NCBI GenBank assembly: GCA_044892505.1
Contig: CM097882.1
Location: 545,290,001 to 545,354,000, forward strand
DNA length: 64,000 nucleotides
Source: Schmidtea nova
Taxonomy: Eukaryota
Reading direction: 5' to 3'
The translations under genes were made by a program, and so were the position numbers. Below, one piece after another: positions 49,844 to 59,134 of the stretch; position 1 is the first letter of the stretch, and every line of letters begins with the position of its first letter. The notes below the pieces were generated by a model, which searched no databases, was not told the DNA's origin, and worked only from the letters and a program-made list of their open reading frames with translations.

Positions 49844-52800
49844 ATGGAAGACAAATATGAACCAGAAATTGGAAGAGTTTGTATGGTGATAAGAAAAGTC
49901 ATGCCAACAGATTTAGATGGACCAGAAACCGCAGCAATATGGTTAGAAACGCAAAGACGAAAAGCTGACGAACTTATTGAATTACTAAAAGGAAATGTAC
50001 AAGGAAAAAGGCGAACGATCAAAGGATTAGCCGAATTTTTTGTAGCAGGCGGTGAAGATATAATCAGTTTAAGAAAAGTAGCAAAGGCAGTAACAGAATA
50101 TAAACGAGTTAACGAGTGGTGCCCAGAACAGTTAGACAATGTAATCAAGAAATGGAGAAACCAAGAAAACTCCCAAGAACCACCGCAGAAAATACATTTA
50201 AGGATAATATATCCAGATCGAGAAAAAGAAGAGCTTTGGGTAAGATTAACTGAAAAGATTCGAGATGTTAAAAAGAGATTAAAATATGAACCACCATTTC
50301 ATCTACAACATCAAGGACGATCACTAGAAAACGATATGGAAATTTGGATAACGCCAGCACAGTTAGAACTGGCGAATACGTTAACAGTAGACGCAATAGC
50401 AAATCAACCATTAAAACTTAAAGAGAAAAGAGTAAAAGAAAGTGGAGATACTCAGAATCTAAAGAAGACGATGCAGATAAAGCCAGGAACAAGTGCAATA
50501 CAGTATGAAACATCATCAATAAAAATCCAAGAAAGAACTCAACCACAACCATACGATACAGAAGAAATATTAACAGACAGCGATGATATGCTAGAAGAAT
50601 TAGCAAAATTGACAAAAGAAAAAGGCAATAATATTTTCGAAAGAGTACAAGAGTTACCCACAACGTCAAAAGCAATCAATACCCAAGATGAAGTTGAGCA
50701 AGAAATAGAGATAGAAGAAGTGAACGAAATCTCTGAAGAAGAAGCAAGAGGAGCAAATACAGAAAACGAACGATTAACACAAGAAATGGAAAAATGGTGG
50801 GAACAGAGAAATAACGAACCAAGAGATGTTACAGAAGAAACTGGACGAGAAACCAGATTGATTGAAACAGGTACAACAATGGATAAACGACCTAGAGGTA
50901 GACCAAAGACAGATCCAGCCAATGTAATCAACAAAACCAAAGAGGAAAGGAGACAAGAGAAATGGGAAGTATGTTTAAAGAAACTCAACAAAATAGCAGA
51001 AGCAAAAGACCAGGAAATAACGCAAAAATGTCAAGGTGAAGGATGGATATCAAAAACACTAATGGAAATATTGGCGATAATTGATCCAGAATTGAAAAAA
51101 TGGTGGAGAATAAACGAAATAAGCGACAAGGCTAAAGCATTACATAGCGCAATCGCACCAATCTTACCAGAACTGATAAAAGAGAAGACAAAATCAAGCC
51201 ATTTAGATTGGCAAGGGACCACAACGTTGATAAAGAGGTTAACTGAAGATGCAGAAAATGATAATAAATATGTGATAGCAATTGCGTATACAATTTATAA
51301 CTTATTAACATTGAGTAGAGGTAATCCAAAATCTACGGCATTAGAGAAATATATCAAAAATACGGCAAATATCATAGCAAAAGAAATAGAACCATACGTC
51401 ATCAGTAAAGGAGGATGGGAAACATTTGCTAAAACGAATCAAAGAAACAGTCAAGCAAAGAATATGAAAAAGAAATTTGAAGAAATTTTAGGAGAATTAG
51501 AAAAAGAAAAGTCAGGAACAGGAGGTGGAAAATCTTCACTAAACCTGAATTCAATCATAATGATGATATTAATATGGCTAATTAGCGTTGAAGGAGCAAC
51601 GGCGTTCGAAGTATTTGATTGCGACCAGATGGCATTAGGAGAAAAATATTCATTGAGAGGAACAGAACAATGCAAAGATGCAACTCCAACAGAATTAAAA
51701 GTATTACATAGTAAACAAATATATCACGTATATCAGGAAGCCGACTTAATAAAGACAACAGTTAATGAGTGTAAAATATATAAAACAAGATTTGCTTTTT
51801 ATTGTGGACATCGCCACTACTCTGCAATCGTAATGCCAGGAACGGAAAGAGAAGCGATAATGTTACAAGGAGAAGATTGCAATAAATTGTTTAAACATGG
51901 AGAAGTCGAAACAAGAGATCGAATAAAGATAAGAGGAAAAGCTGGAGTAATACTACAACAAACATATTATGTAGCAGGAGCTATCACAGGAGGAGAAGGT
52001 TACTGTCAAGGAGCAACATATCCAATATTTGGAGTACCAGCAACTAACATGGTAGTAATAGACACGTATACGGTAGAATTAAAAGCGTATGAAGCATATT
52101 TTGACCCAGCAACAGGAGAAATGAAGACGTTATCAATGTGCAAAATTGAAGCCAGTACTTGTCAAACCGGTATGTCAACTTTAACGTATAGAGCAAGAGC
52201 AAATGAATGCCAATTACAATTATTAAAGGAAGCAGAGTTCGACGAGGTACAAGGAAAAATCTTTCAGGAAGAAGATGATGATGAAGTAGCAAGAGGAAAA
52301 CGTCTACAGGAGACAGTAAAAGGAGAGAAACCGTTCACCACTAAAGTACAAGAAAAAGAGGTAAGGATGAGAGAGACGCCAACAGTATTGGTTACATCAA
52401 ACGCAAATATAGGAATGAGGTTTGTAAAAGGAAAACCGGCATTAAAATGTGGTGTTTCTATGTTAGAAACAAATTACCCAGGTATTTATGTATCAAGACA
52501 AGCAGCACCAAATGCAAAACCCAAGATAGACACTACAGACATCAAATTGCACGTATATTTAAATAACAAATTGGATTTTTTATTTCATAAAGGTCAAGCA
52601 TCAATGGAGAAAATATACTACGATCTCATTAACAACGATTGTATATTGAACAGAGAAATATTAAAGACGAAATTAGCAGTAGCAATCACAAACCCGGACA
52701 GTGCTATGCCATTATTACCACTTAACGAAGGTCATTTTGGAAGAGTAGTTGGAGAAGTTATGTATGTATATATATGCCAAAAGACACAAGCAAACCTAGC

Positions 52801-55800
52801 AACAACGACCAGAATACGACAAGGACAATGTACCAACGAATTGGAAATTGAATATAAAGGGAAAATAAGATATGTACAACCAGTGACAAGAATCATTAAC
52901 CCAGTTAGTTTTGAACCAAACCCTTTCAATTGTAGTAATGCATACGGACCGTTATATCAGAAACCAGACGGAAATTGGGTCATGTTTCCGTCAAGATCAG
53001 AAGTACAACCACCTAGAGAATTTGAATTGATGCAACTTTCAAAAGGACGAAAATTTTCCAATATAGATGTAAATAATGGAGGAATTTACAGTGCAAAAGA
53101 TCTCGAAGCAGCACGACAAAATATATTATTTCCAGCTAGGAGAGAAGCAGTATTATCTAGCATTGTAACAATAACAGGAGGAACAAGTTATCAAGGAGGA
53201 CCAAATTATGAATTATTACTGTCACCAGCACACTTTAGGAAAGCAACAGAAAATATGATGAAAGCAATGTGGGGACGATTTTTAATTTTCGGACAAATGA
53301 TGGCCGGAATACTAGGTGTAATTTTAATCATACAAATAATACGAGTGATAATCACACAAATGCTAGCATGCTTTGATATTTATAAAAGAGAAAAGAAAAT
53401 TAATTGGAAATTAATAGCAGGATTTCTACCATTTTTAGCAAAAACGATGGTGTTACATGGTCACTCCAAAGATATTCATAGAATAAAAAGATTATTAAAA
53501 ATACTGGCAAAAATGAAAGGAACAGATGAAGACGTGGGAAGAAAATTCAAAAAGATAATGGCAGATGAACAAGCAAGACTACAATTAAAAAGAGAAAGAA
53601 AAGGATTATGGGAAAGAATAAGAGGAGATAAAACTCAAGACGATTCCAGTGATGACGATGATAACAATGACGACTGTGAAGGAGGGCAAAGGTACGGAAA
53701 CCAAGCACCGCAATATAGCGACAAGAATCCAGCAGAAGCATGGAAATGTCACGCACCTCCACCAACAATGTATCAAGAACCATTACAGGTATCAGGACAC
53801 AGAGCAATGCAAATGATGCCAATGACAACTTTATATCCAATTATACCAGAAGATTATAAACTAAGGCGATGTAGAAGTATGGATCCGCAAGACGATTCAC
53901 TCACAATTGCAGTCATGTCATCAAATACAGGACCAGTATTAACTACAACTATAGAAATAAATGGAAAAGAAATAGAAGCGATGATAGATACAGGAGCAAA
54001 TATTTCGGCGATAGATATTAAATGGATACCGCAAGAACAAAGACAAGAAATTGAAAGAACAAATGTTCATGTAATAGCATGTAGCAAAGAGATAGTCGAA
54101 GTTGCAGGAAGATGGTGGGTGAAAATACGACACCAAAACATAGAAATCGAAACCTATGTAGCAGTAATACCAGCTTTAAGTGTACCATGTATAATCGGAA
54201 CGGATTTAATGCCAACACTATTTAAAGAAATAATCATCGACCTTGGAACAATGAGATTAAAGGACAGAACAGAGAAAATATGTGCCATGAAAACAAAAGT
54301 AATAAACTCGAAACAAATAATGATACCGGAAGAAAGAATCATGACGAGATCACAAACCATCAGAATAAATATGCTCAGAGCGGAAGAAATTAACACAGAT
54401 AGTCAAGTAGACAGTGAGAAAATCGATGTTGACAAAGAAATCATACGAAAAGCCAAAGAAATAAACGAAAGATGGGAAATCAGACAAGGAAAAGACGTAT
54501 TATGGGATATACGACAAATAATTAGTGATTACGCACGAGGATGCCCAACCAAACCAATCATAATAGAATTACTAAAGAAAATACCAGAGATACTCGTATT
54601 ACAAGATACAGGAGGTGCAACTGCACTACACAATGCCATAAGTTGGGGTAAAACGGAAAAGGTAAAAGAATTTTTGAAAATAGCAAAAGAAACGAATCAA
54701 AATCTAGACATTGTAAATCGAGAATTAGAAACGCCAATGATGACAGCAACACTAAGCTTAGCAGATAAAGAAATAGTAGATATGCTGATAAACGCAGAAT
54801 TCAACTGGACAGCTCGTGATAGAAGAGGAAATACAGTTTTGAATCATGCAATAATGAGTGAAAATCAAATGATACTAAAACATATAACAACCAACCTCAC
54901 ATGGGAAATCGATGAATTAATCAAAGGAGAAATTATGAAGGAAGCGATTCGGAAAGGAAACACTAAAACAATATGGAAACTAATACAATGGAAATGGCCG
55001 GATAATAAAACATGGGTATTAGATATAAACAAAGAATTTAGTGAAGGACAAAACGCGCTATTGAGATACTTATTAGAGTTTACGTGCGATCAGAGAACAA
55101 TGTTAGCACTAATGAATAGAGGAAACATAAAAATTAGTAAGAACGAAGAAGAATACAAACTAGAAGTCGAAAAGGAAGCGTTATTCAGAAAAATTTGGGT
55201 ATGGTGTCAAAAACAAATACGCAAAGACATAAGCTACAAAAATCTAAATGATTTCCAAGAAAAGTATAAGATAATAATAAAAGAATACAAGAAGCTAGTG
55301 GAGATATTAAACGATCCAGAAAAATTTAATCAAGCGATAAATCAGAAAGAAGAAAGTAAAAGGATACTCACACCATTATTCAATGCGAAGATAGATTACC
55401 AAGAAAGATTGGATGCAATACACAAAAAAGCAAAGGAACTATTACCAGAATTCAAAGATACTAAATACGCCTTAGAAATACTTGGCGCGATAGTAGAAAA
55501 GGTACACGCGTATGCGAAAGGAATATATAACGGAAACGATATAATAATTATAAAAAGAGAAATGCCAGTTGCATTTTTACTAACTAAAGAAAGAATAATG
55601 CCGATTCATAGAGCATTGAGAGCAGGAAAAGACAGTAAAGTAATCGAAATCGCAAGATTAATGCATCAATGTGGATGTGATATGAATATGATAGACGAAA
55701 AAGGAGACACCCTCATGGTATACGCAGCAAGAGCAAAAACAAAAATCAAAGTATTAGAAGAGTTATATAAAGCAGGTGCAGGATTAATCGGAAAAACTAG

Positions 55801-58579
55801 TAAAGACAACTCAATATTAGACGTGACATTATTAGGTCCAAACTGGGAAATGTTGAATTTCATTAAAACGATAACAAACCAGGAAGAGATAGACTATTTG
55901 ACAGAAACCGTAAAAGGACCAAGCGTATTGACAATGATGCAAAACATCAAATTGACAGAAGAAGTACTAAACTGGAAAATACCAAATACAAATAAACCAG
56001 CATTTAAAGTTAACAAGTTTATGGAGAAAAATCGAAATTGGTGTATCCAAAGCGCACTAATAACTTATATATGGCCCGAAATTGTAGAAATTTTCATGAG
56101 AAGAGAAGACCTGAGATTTACAAACAAGCCCAAAGAAACGGAAAAGATGGTTAAATGGAAAGAATTGATGAAAACACACCTTCAAAGTTGGATAAAAGCC
56201 AAGAAAGAAATTATACAGTATCAGTTAGACAACAAAAAGATACCCGAAGATATAGAATTCCAAGAATTCGAAGCAAGTAACTTAACATCACTATATTATG
56301 CAAAACTAATAGAAACAAGTAATGTCGAGGACGACATTTTTAACGAGCCAGGGAGAGATAATAATACTGACAATGATGATGACGATGAAGAAAACAAGGA
56401 CGACGAGAGAAATAATGACGATGATAATAATAAAAACAATGACGACGAGAGAAATAAAGACGATGATGATGAAAACAATCACGGAAATCCAGATAACCAC
56501 GAACAAACCAACAAAGAAGACGAGAATCAAGAGGGAAATACAAAGAAACAAGAATCCAAAGAACAAAGAGAAGACAACCCTAAAAACAATCATGAAAAGA
56601 AAGGAACAAGTTACAGAAGGAATCCATTATTCAGACCAGAAGTATTAATGTTCGCAATAATCATAACACTTATGGGACAATGTGAAGCAACGAAACAAGA
56701 GATATCAGTAGAAATGGAAGTACCAATACAAAAAGCATCAACACAAATAATGAATTCAAAGGAAATTGAGCAAGTATGTTGGGTCAAAGAGAACGAAATT
56801 CTCGGAGATAACAACCTATTACGATGTATAATCCCAAACCCCGATCGAAAAACTATAATAATAGACGAGATGGATATGGAAACATGGTACAGAATATGTA
56901 CAATCAGAAAACCCAAAGACGAAAAATCACACAAAACAGTTACATGCCAAGTATACAAGACACCCAAAGTCCGATACGAGTTCACCAATGGAATAGACCT
57001 TCCAGGACCATTTTATTTTAGAATAACAAGAGCACCAGCATCAAGAAAAGTCTTACAACCACCAAGAACCAAGATAACAACACCAAGTATAAGGAATACA
57101 ACGGTTAAACCAGAACCAAAAAGACGAACGAAACAAACCACAAGAGTAATCTACAATTCCAAGTTATTATGTATAGCACTTATTATGACAATACTGAAGC
57201 GATTAGAAGAAGGAATAGAAATGGATACAATGACATTAATAGACATGGAAGAAACACAAATGACAAATCAAAAATGTTGGTTTAGAAACGATGAAAAATT
57301 AGAATTAAAGGAATCAAGAGAAATTCAGAAATTGGAAGCGAGTAAAACGAACAAAGTAATCAAGATAATAAAGATAAAAACGGACAGAATTCATAAACTA
57401 TGCTTATTGGAAAAAGAGAGAAACAAGAAAGGAATAACCAATTGTAAAACATTCCAAGCAGGAAAAATAATAACGTTTGCAAGAAAAATAGGAAAAGGAA
57501 ACAAACAGAATTTCCAGAAATTAACCATAACGTTAGAAATAACGGGAATAGAACAAAACGTAAACGGAGTATGCTGGAGAAAATACGAGAAAGAAACGAA
57601 TAATCATAAATCATCACAATGTCAAACAGTCAGAGGAACAACTGCAGTACAAATAAAAAGCTTAGAAAGAAATCAAACGTATGAAATATGCCTAGTAAAG
57701 GAAAATGATCAAATAACGAAAGAAGATTTAGAATGCAGAATATACAAAGCACCGAACAGAGTAAAAACCAGTAAAACAATACGAAAGAATAAAAGACAAC
57801 AAAAACCGAAGTATACCACTACCGAAAGTCAAACAGAACCAGAGAGAAAAACCTCAGCAACACTTATACTTTGGAAATTAGATGACAAAACAGTGGAAAT
57901 ATGTTGGTCAATAATCAAGAAATACAAAGAAAGACAACCACAACAATGCGAAAAGATGAATAAAGAAGAGGAGATCAGAATTCAGAACCTACAATTGGAC
58001 AAACAATACGAAATATGCGCAATAGAAAAGGCAGATAAATTTGGAAACCAACAAGAAAAATGTGGAAACTACTATACACCGACAAATACAACGATCAAAG
58101 GAAGAATCAAGAAACTAACATTCGGAGAATTGAATCAAACAACGAAACAAATGGAAAACGAGGAAACAATAATAGATTCTTATGCCAAATGGAAACCAGA
58201 AAAAGTAATCCATGAAGTCAAAAGGAAACAACAAGAACGAAAACAATTGGAACTCAAATTAAAAGGACAATATGGACCAATGATCAATCAAAGCAAATTC
58301 ACCCAAATCAATGTTAACAAGCAAGGAAGAGAACTAATTGGAGTAGGAATACTGGCAGTATGTGCACCAGTAATAATAATACTCTCAATAATATGGCTAT
58401 GGGACATAATAAAAAAGAAACCAACCAGACAATGGCCAGATATAAAGATTATGAATTGTAAAATCAAGATACCAGAAGAAGTAAAGAAAGAATTCCAAAG
58501 AAGAACCAAAGGCAAAGAATTTTGGAAGCAGATCGAAGACGAGGAGCGACACGATGAAAAAGCAGTGATGATAGTATAG
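49844..58579 (+). CDS. 2911-aa multidomain polyprotein: Ubl-like, AT-hook, Bcl-2-like, class III envelope, retropepsin, ankyrins, FN3-like membrane protein
   Basis: Uninterrupted 8.7-kb ORF; domain motifs are listed as separate features. Confidence 0.92.
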   Translation: MEDKYEPEIGRVCMVIRKVMPTDLDGPETAAIWLETQRRKADELIELLKGNVQGKRRTIKGLAEFFVAGGEDIISLRKVAKAVTEYKRVNEWCPEQLDNVIKKWRNQENSQEPPQKIHLRIIYPDREKEELWVRLTEKIRDVKKRLKYEPPFHLQHQGRSLENDMEIWITPAQLELANTLTVDAIANQPLKLKEKRVKESGDTQNLKKTMQIKPGTSAIQYETSSIKIQERTQPQPYDTEEILTDSDDMLEELAKLTKEKGNNIFERVQELPTTSKAINTQDEVEQEIEIEEVNEISEEEARGANTENERLTQEMEKWWEQRNNEPRDVTEETGRETRLIETGTTMDKRPRGRPKTDPANVINKTKEERRQEKWEVCLKKLNKIAEAKDQEITQKCQGEGWISKTLMEILAIIDPELKKWWRINEISDKAKALHSAIAPILPELIKEKTKSSHLDWQGTTTLIKRLTEDAENDNKYVIAIAYTIYNLLTLSRGNPKSTALEKYIKNTANIIAKEIEPYVISKGGWETFAKTNQRNSQAKNMKKKFEEILGELEKEKSGTGGGKSSLNLNSIIMMILIWLISVEGATAFEVFDCDQMALGEKYSLRGTEQCKDATPTELKVLHSKQIYHVYQEADLIKTTVNECKIYKTRFAFYCGHRHYSAIVMPGTEREAIMLQGEDCNKLFKHGEVETRDRIKIRGKAGVILQQTYYVAGAITGGEGYCQGATYPIFGVPATNMVVIDTYTVELKAYEAYFDPATGEMKTLSMCKIEASTCQTGMSTLTYRARANECQLQLLKEAEFDEVQGKIFQEEDDDEVARGKRLQETVKGEKPFTTKVQEKEVRMRETPTVLVTSNANIGMRFVKGKPALKCGVSMLETNYPGIYVSRQAAPNAKPKIDTTDIKLHVYLNNKLDFLFHKGQASMEKIYYDLINNDCILNREILKTKLAVAITNPDSAMPLLPLNEGHFGRVVGEVMYVYICQKTQANLATTTRIRQGQCTNELEIEYKGKIRYVQPVTRIINPVSFEPNPFNCSNAYGPLYQKPDGNWVMFPSRSEVQPPREFELMQLSKGRKFSNIDVNNGGIYSAKDLEAARQNILFPARREAVLSSIVTITGGTSYQGGPNYELLLSPAHFRKATENMMKAMWGRFLIFGQMMAGILGVILIIQIIRVIITQMLACFDIYKREKKINWKLIAGFLPFLAKTMVLHGHSKDIHRIKRLLKILAKMKGTDEDVGRKFKKIMADEQARLQLKRERKGLWERIRGDKTQDDSSDDDDNNDDCEGGQRYGNQAPQYSDKNPAEAWKCHAPPPTMYQEPLQVSGHRAMQMMPMTTLYPIIPEDYKLRRCRSMDPQDDSLTIAVMSSNTGPVLTTTIEINGKEIEAMIDTGANISAIDIKWIPQEQRQEIERTNVHVIACSKEIVEVAGRWWVKIRHQNIEIETYVAVIPALSVPCIIGTDLMPTLFKEIIIDLGTMRLKDRTEKICAMKTKVINSKQIMIPEERIMTRSQTIRINMLRAEEINTDSQVDSEKIDVDKEIIRKAKEINERWEIRQGKDVLWDIRQIISDYARGCPTKPIIIELLKKIPEILVLQDTGGATALHNAISWGKTEKVKEFLKIAKETNQNLDIVNRELETPMMTATLSLADKEIVDMLINAEFNWTARDRRGNTVLNHAIMSENQMILKHITTNLTWEIDELIKGEIMKEAIRKGNTKTIWKLIQWKWPDNKTWVLDINKEFSEGQNALLRYLLEFTCDQRTMLALMNRGNIKISKNEEEYKLEVEKEALFRKIWVWCQKQIRKDISYKNLNDFQEKYKIIIKEYKKLVEILNDPEKFNQAINQKEESKRILTPLFNAKIDYQERLDAIHKKAKELLPEFKDTKYALEILGAIVEKVHAYAKGIYNGNDIIIIKREMPVAFLLTKERIMPIHRALRAGKDSKVIEIARLMHQCGCDMNMIDEKGDTLMVYAARAKTKIKVLEELYKAGAGLIGKTSKDNSILDVTLLGPNWEMLNFIKTITNQEEIDYLTETVKGPSVLTMMQNIKLTEEVLNWKIPNTNKPAFKVNKFMEKNRNWCIQSALITYIWPEIVEIFMRREDLRFTNKPKETEKMVKWKELMKTHLQSWIKAKKEIIQYQLDNKKIPEDIEFQEFEASNLTSLYYAKLIETSNVEDDIFNEPGRDNNTDNDDDDEENKDDERNNDDDNNKNNDDERNKDDDDENNHGNPDNHEQTNKEDENQEGNTKKQESKEQREDNPKNNHEKKGTSYRRNPLFRPEVLMFAIIITLMGQCEATKQEISVEMEVPIQKASTQIMNSKEIEQVCWVKENEILGDNNLLRCIIPNPDRKTIIIDEMDMETWYRICTIRKPKDEKSHKTVTCQVYKTPKVRYEFTNGIDLPGPFYFRITRAPASRKVLQPPRTKITTPSIRNTTVKPEPKRRTKQTTRVIYNSKLLCIALIMTILKRLEEGIEMDTMTLIDMEETQMTNQKCWFRNDEKLELKESREIQKLEASKTNKVIKIIKIKTDRIHKLCLLEKERNKKGITNCKTFQAGKIITFARKIGKGNKQNFQKLTITLEITGIEQNVNGVCWRKYEKETNNHKSSQCQTVRGTTAVQIKSLERNQTYEICLVKENDQITKEDLECRIYKAPNRVKTSKTIRKNKRQQKPKYTTTESQTEPERKTSATLILWKLDDKTVEICWSIIKKYKERQPQQCEKMNKEEEIRIQNLQLDKQYEICAIEKADKFGNQQEKCGNYYTPTNTTIKGRIKKLTFGELNQTTKQMENEETIIDSYAKWKPEKVIHEVKRKQQERKQLELKLKGQYGPMINQSKFTQINVNKQGRELIGVGILAVCAPVIIILSIIWLWDIIKKKPTRQWPDIKIMNCKIKIPEEVKKEFQRRTKGKEFWKQIEDEERHDEKAVMIV
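50990..51430 (+). other. Bcl-2-like domain within the polyprotein
   Basis: BH1-like LDWQGTTTLIK (cf. NWGRIVAL) and BH2-like YVISKGGWETF (cf. WI...GGW..F) at the usual spacing. Confidence 0.65.
51548..53460 (+). other. Envelope glycoprotein, chuvirus G / herpes gB-like (class III) type
   Basis: Internal signal SIIMMILIWLISVEGATA|FEVFDC, YSL...C, CKIYKTRFAFYCGHRHYS, YCQGATY, NNKLDFLF, C-terminal W..F.IFGQMMAGILGVILII TM and a second hydrophobic stretch. Confidence 0.8.
53930..54260 (+). other. Retroviral-type aspartic protease
   Basis: IEINGKEIEAMIDTGANISAI (DTG at 53987-95) and PCIIGTDL. Confidence 0.9.
54600..55870 (+). other. Two ankyrin-repeat clusters (~54600-54900 and ~55595-55870)
   Basis: DTGGATALHNAISWG, NRELETPMMTA, DRRGNTVLNHAI; PIHRAL, DEKGDTLMVYAA, KDNSILDVT. 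Confidence 0.8.
56639..58410 (+). other. Signal-like segment, four FN3-like repeats and a C-terminal TM
   Basis: Four units of xCW...I..L.....Y.IC.......C..Y.T, then TM LIGVGILAVCAPVIIILSIIWLW. Confidence 0.6.
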
Positions 58580-58701
58580 AGGGTGGGATATGACTGTAAA
58601 TAATATTGTAAATTACAAAGCATTACCGTATATAGTATGGGTATTAGTATTATAGAGTAGATAAAAAGAGAAAAGAGAAAAATAATAATGTATTTTAGAA
58701 A

Positions 58702-59037
58702 ATGAATGTACAAGGAGAAACAACCGAAATGACTTTGACTATGCGATGGAAAGCACAATGTGAAACGTTAGTTCGATCAATCAATGCACTACAGAATCAA
58801 TTGGTAGAGAAGCAAAATATATTAGCAGATTGTTACAACAATATTTTTGAACAGTTACATAAAATAGAAGAGCAACAGAGAATAATAACAGAACTGACAA
58901 GAGAGAATCAGAGATTGAGACAAACAGTGGAAATGAATCAACTATCAAGAAGAGAAGAATCAGAAGGTCAATGGCTAGATTGGGTAATAAATGGATTAGA
59001 GAATGGTATGGAACCAGATTCAACAAGCGAACCATAG
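58702..59037 (+). CDS. Orphan coiled-coil protein, 111 aa
   Basis: Intact ORF in the element's sense orientation, heptad pattern, TTTTAG before the ATG. Confidence 0.6.
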   Translation: MNVQGETTEMTLTMRWKAQCETLVRSINALQNQLVEKQNILADCYNNIFEQLHKIEEQQRIITELTRENQRLRQTVEMNQLSRREESEGQWLDWVINGLENGMEPDSTSEP

Positions 59038-59134
59038 TCAAATTGTAGCGGAAAATTGTATATATGTAAAAATAAAACTCTAGAGAAATCAAAAAACAAA
59101 GAACAAATCAATGTATGTATATATTATTGTAGAA

